DNA of 63,436 bases, counting the filler, from Deltaproteobacteria bacterium (lineage in GTDB: Bacteria > JAUYMQ01): NCBI GenBank assembly GCA_030698575.1. It is 8 parts of 8 records of this genome, joined end to end, with 100 filler letters (N's around TTAATTAATTAA, not from the genome) between each part and the next. Parts side by side here need not be neighbours in the genome. Positions count along the whole stretch, not along the records: positions 23,546 to 34,502 come from JAUYMQ010000554.1; positions 34,603 to 37,953 come from JAUYMQ010000556.1; positions 38,054 to 63,436 come from JAUYMQ010000571.1; 5 more parts are not named here. One strand, written 5' to 3'. This document shows positions 30,295 through 39,052 of the stretch, piece by piece; position 1 is the first letter of the stretch; each line of letters begins with the position of its first letter. The position numbers and the translations under genes are program-made. The notes under the pieces are model-generated. The model did not search any database, had not been told where the DNA came from, and saw nothing but the letters and a program-made list of their open reading frames with translations.

Positions 30295-31352
30295 TTCACG
30301 CGGAGCCGGGGCCCGGAGGCGTTCATCCCGAGCGGCTTCGTTCGCTCGTGGCGGAATGGATCGCGCGGGTAGGGCTGGATCTTCGCGACCGCGTGGTGCT
30401 CACCGAAGCGGCCACCGGACACTTCGCGCTGACGCCCGTCATTGCCGCGCAGGCCGGAGCGGATCGCGTGCTGGCCGTTGCAGAGGACTCCCGCTGGGGG
30501 AGCGCGCGGGAGGCTTGTGATGCCGTAGGGGCCGCTCGCCGGGCGCTTGGTGCGCCGGATCGCATCGACTGCCTGGATCGCCTCGATCCGGACACGCTCG
30601 CCGTGGCCGACCTGGTGACGAACCTGGGCGCTGTGCGACCCCTCGATGCGGCGCGAATCGCCTCGCTGCGCGAGGGGAGCGTGGTCGCGGCGATGTGCGA
30701 GGCCTGGGAGATCCGTGAGGGCGACATTGATCAGGGGGCCTGCGCTCGCCGGGGGGTTCGCGTGGCCGCCGTGAATGAGGATCATCCCCTTGTCGATGTC
30801 TTCGAGCACAACGGGCTGCTGGCGGTGAAGATGCTTCAGGAACTCCAGATCGAGGTGCATGGCACGCGAATCTGCGTCGCGGGGCGCGGGAAGTTCGCCG
30901 CTCGCATCGCGCCCGTGCTGGCACGGCTGGGGGCGGACGTGCGAAGGGCCGAAGCGCTGGAGGGCGAGGCCGCCTTGCAGGCCGTCGAGGGCGCCGACGC
31001 GCTTGTCGTGGCCGACTACGACCGGACGGACCTGCTTCTTGGGGAGGGGGGCGGACTTTCCATCGGGGCGCTGCAGAAGCGCGCGCCGCACGTGGCGGTT
31101 GTTCAGTTCGCCGGGTGGATCCGCCCGGGAGAGCTTCGCGCGGCGGGTCTTCGCGTGTTTCCGGAGGAAGAGATCGGCCCTCGTCGGATGGGCCGGACCA
31201 TGGCCTACCTGGGCCCCGCGCCGCTTGTGGGGCTCCACTCCGCCGGCATGAAGGCGGCCGAGATGCTGCTCGGCGGTGATGGGCCGATCGGGCTGGCGCA
31301 GATCGTCGTGGGCGGGGGGGATGCCGCTCGGGCTGCGGAGGTGTCGCGATGA
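30291..31352 (+). CDS. Uncharacterised Rossmann-like protein
   Basis: Translationally coupled on both sides; VLTEAATG, TNLGAVRP, DIDQGACARRGVRVAAVNE, VAGRGKF. Confidence 0.6.
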   Translation: MIHAEPGPGGVHPERLRSLVAEWIARVGLDLRDRVVLTEAATGHFALTPVIAAQAGADRVLAVAEDSRWGSAREACDAVGAARRALGAPDRIDCLDRLDPDTLAVADLVTNLGAVRPLDAARIASLREGSVVAAMCEAWEIREGDIDQGACARRGVRVAAVNEDHPLVDVFEHNGLLAVKMLQELQIEVHGTRICVAGRGKFAARIAPVLARLGADVRRAEALEGEAALQAVEGADALVVADYDRTDLLLGEGGGLSIGALQKRAPHVAVVQFAGWIRPGELRAAGLRVFPEEEIGPRRMGRTMAYLGPAPLVGLHSAGMKAAEMLLGGDGPIGLAQIVVGGGDAARAAEVSR

Positions 31353-32176
31353 TCCCGCTCCGGGAAGACGCGTCCTGCCCCCTCTGTGGGCGGTTCAGCC
31401 ACCCGTCGGTCGTCGAGCCGGTCGTCGAAAAAGATCCCTATGCCATCGTGCGGTGCGCTGTGTGCGGCATCTGCTTCGCGAGCCCGCGCCCGACACCGGC
31501 CGCGATGGCGGAGTTCTACGAGCGATACTTCGCCGAGGACCCGCTGGCCGGCTACGAGCACTACCGGGAAGGAGAGGCGTGGCGGGCCCGGGTGGCGAGG
31601 CACCGTCTCGCCCTGCTCGGGCGTTTCATCGCCCCGGGGCGCATCCTCGATCACGGCTGCGCGACGGGGGTCTTTCTCGATGAGGCAGTGAACGCTGGAT
31701 GGGAAGCATACGGCGTCGAACCCTCCTCGGCGGCGCGCTCCCTCATACTGCGGCGGGCCCCCTACGTGAAGGTGCTTCCGCCGGAGGATCTGGCGACGCT
31801 TCCGGACGGCATGTTCGATGCGGTCACGATGTTCGACAACTTCTGCTACCTGCACGACCCGATCGGCGCGTTGCGGGAGTTCGGGCGGTTGCTGCGGCCC
31901 GGCGGGGTTCTCCTGTCCATCGGGGCCCTCGATCACGGCCCGGCTCACCGCGCACCGGAGCCCGGGATCACGCACACGTTCTACTACTCTCCCCGTTCCG
32001 TGGCGCGGCTTTGCCGCGCGGCGGGGCTCCGGGTGCTCATGAACAGGACGATCGTCAAGAACGCGAACAACCCGGGTAAGCACCCCTTCGCCTGGCTCTT
32101 CCAGGAGGTTCCCTGGGTACGCAACCTGTTTTTCCGGCAACACTGTTTCGTCGCAACGCCAGAGGGCGGAGCCTGA
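31349..32176 (+). CDS. Class I SAM-dependent methyltransferase with N-terminal Cys pairs
   Basis: CPLC...CAVC; ILDHGCATG; GVEPS; FDAVTM. Confidence 0.88.
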   Translation: MIPLREDASCPLCGRFSHPSVVEPVVEKDPYAIVRCAVCGICFASPRPTPAAMAEFYERYFAEDPLAGYEHYREGEAWRARVARHRLALLGRFIAPGRILDHGCATGVFLDEAVNAGWEAYGVEPSSAARSLILRRAPYVKVLPPEDLATLPDGMFDAVTMFDNFCYLHDPIGALREFGRLLRPGGVLLSIGALDHGPAHRAPEPGITHTFYYSPRSVARLCRAAGLRVLMNRTIVKNANNPGKHPFAWLFQEVPWVRNLFFRQHCFVATPEGGA

Positions 32177-32212
32177 GGGCCGAATGCTCCCGGCCTCAAG
32201 AGGAATGATTTA

Positions 32213-33349
32213 ATGTCCAGCGTATTGAGCAAGCTCAGGATGCCGAACTTCCACCGCGCCCGTTACCTGACGCGCGCGCTCTGGAACAAGAACAAGCTCG
32301 ACGCGCTGCGGCTCATCGAGCTGCGCACTCTCAAGCGCCACTCGCGCCTGCGCTACTACAACTTCCCTCCCTCCGTGGTCCAGATCGAGATCACGAATCG
32401 CTGCAACATGCGTTGCAAGTGGTGCTACCGCGAGAATCTGGAAATGCTCGGCAAGGTGGGCGACATGCCCCTCGAGCCTCTCATGAAACTGATTGAAGGC
32501 TGCCGCGGAGTTCGCCTTCTGCATCTGTTCGGCGAGGGTGAGCCGCTCATGTACCCCGGGATCATCGAAGTGATCCGGCACGCGGCGAAGTACGTGAAGT
32601 GTCCCTCCGTCACCACGAACGGAACCATGCTCCGACATCTCGGCAAAGAGCTGGCGGAGTCGGGCCTGGGCGAGCTGGCGGTGAGCATCGACGGGACCGA
32701 TCCGGAGACCTTCCGGGAGATTCGCAAGGTCGAGCTCTCGCGGATCCTCGACAACATGAGCTACTTCGCCTCGATTTCGGATATTCCCATCCGGATCAAC
32801 GCCGTCGTGAGCAAGGACAATCTCGACTCGCTCCGCAACATGCCGGAACTCGCCCGGAGCATCGGAAACGTGAAGGAGCTGCACTTCCAGGGGCTCCACG
32901 AGAGCGAGGCCAGCAAGCAGCACGGCTTCCTCAAACTCAGCGTCGAAAACCCCGACGTGAAGTCGTTCATGGACGAGGTCCGGGAGAAGTGCCGGCGGCT
33001 CGGCCTCGAGACCAACGTCGACAATCTCGAGTACTTCCTCGAACGCCCGACTCCCTGCATGAGCCCCTTCGCGGGAATCGTCTACATCAACAAGGACGGT
33101 TACCTGGCCCCGTGCTGCAACTACGCGCACCGCTCGCTGGCCAACGCCTTCGAGCTGGGGCTCCAGGGAGCGCTGGAATCGCAAAACGCCCGCGAGTTCC
33201 GGAAGCTCATGCTCGACGAGGACTATCCCGATCATTGCCAGAGCTGGTGCAGCATGGTGTCCAAGCCTCAGCCCGGTCCCTCGCGCGGAAACATGCCGGG
33301 CCACGCGGGGCAGCCGGGGCCGACCGGGGCCGGCGCCGCAGGAGGGTGA
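32213..33349 (+). CDS. Radical SAM protein with SPASM/twitch domain
   Basis: CNMRCKWC, GEGEP, TTNG, SIDG; C-terminal C...DGYLAPCC...CQSWC. Confidence 0.92.
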   Translation: MSSVLSKLRMPNFHRARYLTRALWNKNKLDALRLIELRTLKRHSRLRYYNFPPSVVQIEITNRCNMRCKWCYRENLEMLGKVGDMPLEPLMKLIEGCRGVRLLHLFGEGEPLMYPGIIEVIRHAAKYVKCPSVTTNGTMLRHLGKELAESGLGELAVSIDGTDPETFREIRKVELSRILDNMSYFASISDIPIRINAVVSKDNLDSLRNMPELARSIGNVKELHFQGLHESEASKQHGFLKLSVENPDVKSFMDEVREKCRRLGLETNVDNLEYFLERPTPCMSPFAGIVYINKDGYLAPCCNYAHRSLANAFELGLQGALESQNAREFRKLMLDEDYPDHCQSWCSMVSKPQPGPSRGNMPGHAGQPGPTGAGAAGG

Positions 33350-33350
33350 C

Positions 33351-34367
33351 GTGCGCGCCTGGGCAGAGCGGGCGATCCTGCTCGCGGCGGGGGGGTTGGC
33401 CTTCTGGGCCTTGCGCAACCTGGACCTGCGCGCGCTTGCGGGCGTGCTCGGCCCCGGAGCCTGGGGCTGGATCATTTTTCTGTTCGCACTCTCGACTTTT
33501 CTGGCGTTCCTTCCCTCCTGGCTCTACCTCAGGAACGCGGGGCATCGCGTGCCGCTCGCCTCGTTCTGCGGCATCATGCTGGCCTCGCAGGCGCTGAACT
33601 CCACCAATCCGCTGCGCATGGGGTTTCCTTTCCGGGTGTATCTCCTGAAGGAGCGCCACCGGGTTCCCCTCGGAGCCGGGTCACTGTTGATTCCGCTCGA
33701 GGCATTTGCAGCCTTTGTCGTGGCACTCGGGGCGGCGTTGCTCGCGGCGCCGCTTCATCACGCAGCGCTCGCAGGACCGTGGCGGGCCGGCCTGGTTCTG
33801 GCGGCCATCAGCGGTGTGGTTGCGACAATCACACTCGCCCGGCTCGCGGCCGCGGGCAGGATATCGGTGCCGCGGAGGCTCCCCGGCCGGGCGGCTTCGG
33901 TGGCGCGCGCCATGCTCGAAGCGCTTTCGCGGGTGACGCCGCTCACGCTGGCGAATTTCGCGATCCTCTACCTCGCCAGCGACCTCGCCGTGGCGGGCAT
34001 TCTTGATACAGCGGTTGGCGCTGCGGGTTTCGATGCACCGTTCCTTTACCTTTTCGCCGCCTACTGCGCCGCCTATCTGATCGGGTCGGTCTCCTTCATG
34101 CCGCAGGGGCTCGGCACGCGCGATGCCGCCCTCGGCCTCCTGCTCCACGCTGCCGGGGCCGCGCCTGACCAGGCGGCCTACGGCGCGCTCGTCGTGCGCG
34201 TGGCGACTACCGGCTTTTCGTTTCTTTTCGGAATGCTTTCAGCGTGGGCCATCGGGCTGAGTCGCAAGGGCAGCGTCTCGCCATCGCATCGAACGCTGGA
34301 TGCGCTGGGGCTTGGCGGTAGGGCGCGGCGGGCGGCGGAACCCCGCGAGGGGGGGGTGGGCCGGTGA
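33351..34367 (+). CDS. Lysylphosphatidylglycerol-synthase TM / flippase-like membrane protein
   Basis: Multi-TM; NSTNPLRMG and PQGLGTRD motifs. Confidence 0.8.
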   Translation: MRAWAERAILLAAGGLAFWALRNLDLRALAGVLGPGAWGWIIFLFALSTFLAFLPSWLYLRNAGHRVPLASFCGIMLASQALNSTNPLRMGFPFRVYLLKERHRVPLGAGSLLIPLEAFAAFVVALGAALLAAPLHHAALAGPWRAGLVLAAISGVVATITLARLAAAGRISVPRRLPGRAASVARAMLEALSRVTPLTLANFAILYLASDLAVAGILDTAVGAAGFDAPFLYLFAAYCAAYLIGSVSFMPQGLGTRDAALGLLLHAAGAAPDQAAYGALVVRVATTGFSFLFGMLSAWAIGLSRKGSVSPSHRTLDALGLGGRARRAAEPREGGVGR

Positions 34368-34502
34368 GCAGCGCGAACCCTGTGCGCGGCGTGGCGCTCG
34401 TCGCCGCACTCCTCTGTTTTGCATTTCTCGCGGGCCTGTTCCAGGTTTACGATCACGACGTCGGCTACCACATGAAGACCGGCGAATGGATTGCCACGCA
34501 AG
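34364..34502 (+). CDS. Membrane protein, probable GT-C N-terminus (partial)
   Basis: TM helix followed by DHDVGYHMKTGEWI. Confidence 0.5.
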
Positions 34503-34602
34503 NNNNNNNNNNNNNNNNNNNNNNNNNNNNNNNNNNNNNNNNNNNNTTAATTAATTAANNNNNNNNNNNNNNNNNNNNNNNNNNNNNNNNNNNNNNNNNN
34601 NN

Positions 34603-34771
34603 TGGTCACGGCCAGTGTCGGGCAGAGACCCAGGAGCTGGACCAGCACCGGGTTCTCCCGCCAGACGCCGCGCAGCAGATCCTCGGCGGGCGTCGTGGCC
34701 CGGCGGAAGCCCACCGGCCCGGCGCCGTGGGCACCGCAGTGGAGCTCCGCCGGCGTGATCTCGCTTCTCAT
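34603..34771 (-). CDS. rnfE: Electron transport complex subunit E, N-terminus (partial)
   Basis: GVWRENPVLVQLLGLCPTLAVT signature of RnfE/RsxE. Confidence 0.85.
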
Positions 34772-34781
34772 CCTCCGCCCC

Positions 34782-35096
34782 TCACGGCGCCCAGGGCGCC
34801 CACCGGGGATGGCGCGGGGACGGCATGACGGCGATGCCGAGCGCGTCCAGCCCCTCGGTCACGCACGGCGGGATGCCGCAGCAGCGCACGGTGGCGCCAG
34901 CGCCTTTGAGCCCGGCCAGCTCCCTGAACAGCACGTCGACGCCGAAGGCCTCGAAGCGATCGACGTCCGAGAAGTCGACGCTGATCTCCGCCGCGCGCTC
35001 ACGGCGCAGCCAGCTCGCGAGCTCCATCGCCCGGGAGCCATCAAACACCCCGGACAGGTGAATGCGCGCCTTGCCCGAACCGGACCCGGTTGCCAT
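34782..35096 (-). CDS. STAS-like domain protein
   Basis: IHLSGVFD...VDFSDVDRFEAFGVDVL...VRCCG follows the STAS pattern. Confidence 0.65.
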   Translation of the reverse strand: MATGSGSGKARIHLSGVFDGSRAMELASWLRRERAAEISVDFSDVDRFEAFGVDVLFRELAGLKGAGATVRCCGIPPCVTEGLDALGIAVMPSPRHPRWAPWAP

Positions 35097-35116
35097 CGCC
35101 AATGACCGTCCTCTCT

Positions 35117-35464
35117 TCAGTCGTCGTTCGTTGCGGAAAGGAATCGGATGATCTTGCCGTAGTCCAGCGGCTTGTCGAACCTCACCTGGATGAAACCCTG
35201 CGCTGCCGGAGGATGCGAACCCAGCCACGCGATCCGGGGCCGCTCCCGAGTCCGGGCCAGCTGCCCCAGGAGAGCGGTCCCGTCCCGCCGAATGGCGGCC
35301 TCATCGAGGATGAGCCAATCGAGGGTGTCCGTTTTCATCTGCTCCCTGACCGCGCCCGCCGCCGAAAGGACGGTCACCGTGTACCCGACCTCCGAGAGAC
35401 GGGTGGCGAGCAGCAACCGGGGGCCGATGCTGTTCTCGATGAAGGCCACGATCCTCCGACTCAT
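35117..35464 (-). CDS. Atypical stand-alone receiver domain protein
   Basis: AFIEN...GYTV...DWLILD...FDKPLD; AAGGAG RBS. Confidence 0.65.
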   Translation of the reverse strand: MSRRIVAFIENSIGPRLLLATRLSEVGYTVTVLSAAGAVREQMKTDTLDWLILDEAAIRRDGTALLGQLARTRERPRIAWLGSHPPAAQGFIQVRFDKPLDYGKIIRFLSATNDD

Positions 35465-35489
35465 CTCGCTCTCCTTGCCCTCGATGAGT

Positions 35490-35505
35490 TGCAAGGGGTC
35501 TGCCA
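35490..35505 (-). promoter_or_regulatory. Sigma54 (-24/-12) promoter
   Basis: Minus strand TGGCAGACCCCTTGCA with GG-N10-GC spacing. Confidence 0.85.
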
Positions 35506-35576
35506 GGCCTGCGGGGCTGAGAAGGTCCAGGATCTTGAGGCGTTAGGGCCCCGCGCCGGACTGGCGGAACCGTCCC

Positions 35577-35611
35577 GACCATGTCAAAATGTCCAGGACC
35601 GTGTGAAAATG
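35577..35611. promoter_or_regulatory. Candidate upstream activator sequence (tandem repeat)
   Basis: GACCATGTCAAAATG and GACCGTGTGAAAATG (13/15 identical, 20-bp period) upstream of the sigma54 box. Confidence 0.55.
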
Positions 35612-35639
35612 GGATGGCCTTCGACGGGGGGGGGCAAGT

Positions 35640-37298
35640 ATGCGGGCCAGTGACCTGAAGGTGCTCGAGCTTCTCGATTTCCGGGTCGCGGAGGGCGTGA
35701 TCGCGTTTCACGATCAGCGGATGCTGCTCTACGACGCCGATGTGCTGGGCATCCTTCGCCGGGAGCTCGTCGAGACCGTCGGCTCGAAGGTGGCGCGGGG
35801 GCTCCTGACGCGCTTCGGCTACGCCGATGGCTATCGCGACGCCCTCACCCTGAAGAAGCTCTTTCACTGGGAGAGCCAGGAGGAATGGTGCAAGGCAGGT
35901 CTCGTGCTCCACGCGCTCGAGGGCAAGGCCCTGGCCGTCAGGACGCGTCTCTCGGGGCTCGCGGGGGACGGGAGGTTCGAGGCCGAGATCAAGTGGGAGA
36001 ACTGCTACGAGACGGAGCAGCATCTCCGCCACCTGGGGGCGGCCACGGAGCCCGTGTGCTGGAAGCTCGCGGGGTACGTGAGCGGCTACTTCTCGGCCTG
36101 CCTGGGCGAGGAGATCTACTTCGTCGAGACCGACTGCTGCGCCACCGGGCACGGGTGCTGCCGTGCGGTCGGCCGGCGACGGTCCGACTGGGGCGCCGAT
36201 CTCGAGCCGCACCTCGAATACTTCAAGGTGGCCTCCGTGCAGGACGAGATCGCGCGGCTGGAGCAGACGCTCCGCCAGCAGCGCCTGGCGGTATCCCGGC
36301 ACAAGCGCGAGGCCGAGCGGTGGAAGAGCCTGGCGCAGCACCTCCACGGGCCCGAGGCCCCGGTCGCGAAGAGCCGGGCGATGCGTGACGTCCTGGAATT
36401 GGCGGAGCGGGTCGCGACAGCCGACACGACGGTGCTGCTCACCGGTGAGAGCGGAACGGGCAAGGAGCTGGTGGCTCGATTCATCCACGAGCGGAGCCGC
36501 CGCGCGAAGGGGCCGTTCGTCGCGATCAACTGCGGGGCGCTTCCCGAGCCGCTCCTCGAGAGCGAGCTGTTCGGGCACGTGCGGGGAGCCTTCACGGGCG
36601 CCGTCACCGACAAGAAGGGGCTCTTCGAGGAGGCCGGCCGCGGGACTCTTCTCCTCGACGAGATCGCCGAGGCGCCGCCGGCGATCCAAGTCAAGCTGCT
36701 CCGGGCGCTCCAGGAGCGCGAGATCCGGCGCGTCGGCGCGACGACCTCGGTGCGGGTCGACGGCCGGGTCCTTGCCGCGACCAACCGAAACCTGGAGCAG
36801 GCGGTGGCCGGCGGCGAGTTCCGTCGTGACCTCTACTACCGCCTCAACGTCATCAACATCGTGATCCCTCCTCTCCGGGAACGCCGGGAGGACATCGTCT
36901 CGCTCGCCCGGCTCTTCCTCGAGCGGCATGCCGCGGCGCAGGGAAAGGAGATCCGCGCCATCTCGGCGGAGGCCCTCGAGCTCCTGACGGGCTACGCCTG
37001 GCCGGGCAATGTCCGCGAGCTCCAGAACGCGCTCGAGCGCGCCGTGGTCCTGGCCACGCGCGACCGCATCACCGTCGCCGACCTGCCACCGGCGCTACGC
37101 GAGGGCGGGGCATCTCCGGGCGCGGGCGATCTCACGGGGCCGCTGTCGCTGCAGGAGCTGGAGCGGCGGGCCATCCTCGCGGCGCTCGAGCGGCATCACG
37201 GCAGCCGCACTCGCACCGCCAAGGCGCTCGGGATCAGCCTGCACACCTTGTGGCGAAAGCTGAAGGCCTACGAGAGCGAACCTCAGCGGCGTCCCTGA
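35640..37298 (+). CDS. Sigma54-dependent activator with XylR-N/V4R sensor, AAA+ and Fis-HTH domains
   Basis: DQRMLL...[10 protein letters not shown]...[25 protein letters not shown]...[30 protein letters not shown]. Confidence 0.93.
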   Translation: MRASDLKVLELLDFRVAEGVIAFHDQRMLLYDADVLGILRRELVETVGSKVARGLLTRFGYADGYRDALTLKKLFHWESQEEWCKAGLVLHALEGKALAVRTRLSGLAGDGRFEAEIKWENCYETEQHLRHLGAATEPVCWKLAGYVSGYFSACLGEEIYFVETDCCATGHGCCRAVGRRRSDWGADLEPHLEYFKVASVQDEIARLEQTLRQQRLAVSRHKREAERWKSLAQHLHGPEAPVAKSRAMRDVLELAERVATADTTVLLTGESGTGKELVARFIHERSRRAKGPFVAINCGALPEPLLESELFGHVRGAFTGAVTDKKGLFEEAGRGTLLLDEIAEAPPAIQVKLLRALQEREIRRVGATTSVRVDGRVLAATNRNLEQAVAGGEFRRDLYYRLNVINIVIPPLRERREDIVSLARLFLERHAAAQGKEIRAISAEALELLTGYAWPGNVRELQNALERAVVLATRDRITVADLPPALREGGASPGAGDLTGPLSLQELERRAILAALERHHGSRTRTAKALGISLHTLWRKLKAYESEPQRRP

Positions 37299-37410
37299 TC
37301 GGCGCGTGCGCGCCAGGCAGGGGAGGCTCGACCGCGCTGGCCATCGCCCGGGGTACGGGGCCGGCGCTGGAAGCGGCTGTTTGACGGAGCGCTTCTTTCC
37401 TCCGCGGAGC

Positions 37411-37426
37411 TGGCAGGCTGCTTGCA
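37411..37426 (+). promoter_or_regulatory. Sigma54 (-24/-12) promoter
   Basis: TGGCAGGCTGCTTGCA with GG-N10-GC spacing. Confidence 0.8.
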
Positions 37427-37436
37427 AAGCCCTTAT

Positions 37437-37700
37437 CCGTGGTTGACGTTCTTCCTGGGAACGGAGGACCTCGCCTGGGAGTTCGTCAGGGCCGCGGCCA
37501 GCACACCCGAGATGTCATGTCCGCTCCGGTTGTCTCGGTGGCCGAGGACAAGCCGGCGGCCACCGTCGCCAAGCTGCTCGAGGAGGACCGGCTCTTGACC
37601 GAGCTCCGCGCGAAGCCGTGGGCGATGCTCGGCCGTCTGACGGTGGTGATCCGGGACGGGGTCGTCCACCTCTGCGGCTTGATCGGCACGGATGGGGGCG
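37437..37700 (+). pseudogene. Degraded CBS-BON domain gene
   Basis: PWLTFF...LAWEFVRA, frameshift, RGQHTRDVMSAPVVSVAED...AKLLEE, then directly BON-like LTELRAKPW...VVIRDGVVHLCG. Confidence 0.6.
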
Positions 37701-37763
37701 CCATCCGGCGGCCGGGCGAGCTGCCCGAGCCGCGGCAGTTGGGAGAACGTTGGGGAAAGGAGA

Positions 37764-37953
37764 ATGACCATGTCAGCCTATGACCCCGAGAACCCCGGCG
37801 GGACCCGCTGGCCACCGCCCGAACTCGAACGCACGCTCCGGGAGCTGCGGGATCGCTTCCGCGGGTTCCGGGGTGGGCAGATTACCGTAGGCGTGGGTAT
37901 CGTGCTCGTGATGATCCTGCTCTGGTCGAGCTGGTTCACGGTGCAGCCCGAGG
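37764..37953 (+). CDS. hflK: FtsH protease modulator HflK (3' partial)
   Basis: PPPELERTLRELRDRF, TM helix, WSSWFTVQPE; AAGGAG RBS. Confidence 0.75.
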
Positions 37954-38055
37954 NNNNNNNNNNNNNNNNNNNNNNNNNNNNNNNNNNNNNNNNNNNNTTA
38001 ATTAATTAANNNNNNNNNNNNNNNNNNNNNNNNNNNNNNNNNNNNNNNNNNNNTG

Positions 38056-39018
38056 GAGATCGTGAGCAAGCCGGACATGCGCAGCCACGAGGAGGCTGGA
38101 GAGTACCTGCGCAGCCTGCGATCCATCCTCATGTACCTTGACGTGTGCGACGGGAACATGGAGGAAGGATCGATGCGCTGCGATGCAAACATCTCCGTCC
38201 GGAAGAGGGGCCAGACCGAACTCGGAACCAAGGTGGAGATCAAGAACCTGAATAGCTTCCGGAATGTCGAGCGCGCGATCACCTATGAGCGCGAGCGTCA
38301 GATCGACTGCGTGGAGCGCGGGGTGCGCATTGTGCAGGAAACGAGGCTCTGGGAAGCCGAGCGGGGGATGACGCAGTCCATGCGGAGCAAGGAAGAAGCG
38401 CACGACTACCGATACTTTCCCGAGCCCGATCTCGTGCCGATCGTGATCAACCCTGCCTGGATCGAAGAGATCCGCGGGACCCTCCCCGAACTTCCGCGCG
38501 CCCGGATGGAGCGGCTCGCGCGCGAACATCAGATTCCCGCCTACGACGCGAAAGTGCTCACTGGAACCAGGGCGCTCGCCGACTACTTCGAGGCGGTGAT
38601 CGCCGGGGGGGCCTCGCCGAAGGGCGCCTCGAACTGGATCAAGGACGAGCTTCTCGGGCTCATCGAGGGAGACATCACGAAGAGCAGGGTCACCCCGGAA
38701 GCCCTGGCCGGACTGCTTGGGCTGATTGACGACGGCACAGTCTCCGGAAAGATCGCGAAGGGCGTCCTGGCGGAGATGGCCACCACCGGGCGCGGCGCGC
38801 GGGAGATCGTCGAAGCGCAGGGACTGGTGCAGCTCAGCGACGAGAAGGCTATCATTTCCATAGTCGATGAAGTCCTTGCCGCCCATCCCGGCGAGAGGCA
38901 GCGTTACCGGGACGGACAGACCAAGTTGCTCGGGCATTTCGTCGGACAGGTAATGAAGCGCACCCAGGGGAAGGCCAATCCCGCCCTCGTGAATAAACTT
39001 CTCAAGGAACGCCTCTGA
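38056..39018 (+). CDS. gatB: Asp/Glu-tRNA amidotransferase subunit B (5' partial)
   Basis: GNMEEGSMRCDANIS, VEIKNLNSF, DYRYFPEPDL, GQVMK. Confidence 0.97.
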   Translation, partial: EIVSKPDMRSHEEAGEYLRSLRSILMYLDVCDGNMEEGSMRCDANISVRKRGQTELGTKVEIKNLNSFRNVERAITYERERQIDCVERGVRIVQETRLWEAERGMTQSMRSKEEAHDYRYFPEPDLVPIVINPAWIEEIRGTLPELPRARMERLAREHQIPAYDAKVLTGTRALADYFEAVIAGGASPKGASNWIKDELLGLIEGDITKSRVTPEALAGLLGLIDDGTVSGKIAKGVLAEMATTGRGAREIVEAQGLVQLSDEKAIISIVDEVLAAHPGERQRYRDGQTKLLGHFVGQVMKRTQGKANPALVNKLLKERL

Positions 39019-39052
39019 CCCCCGTCACTGCCCACGGTCGGAAGCCTGATCA

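Noticed and set aside
2897..38053. Regularly recurring TTAATTAATTAA motif
   Set aside because: Artificial contig linker inside N-runs. It is not a biological repeat, and genes on either side are not neighbours.
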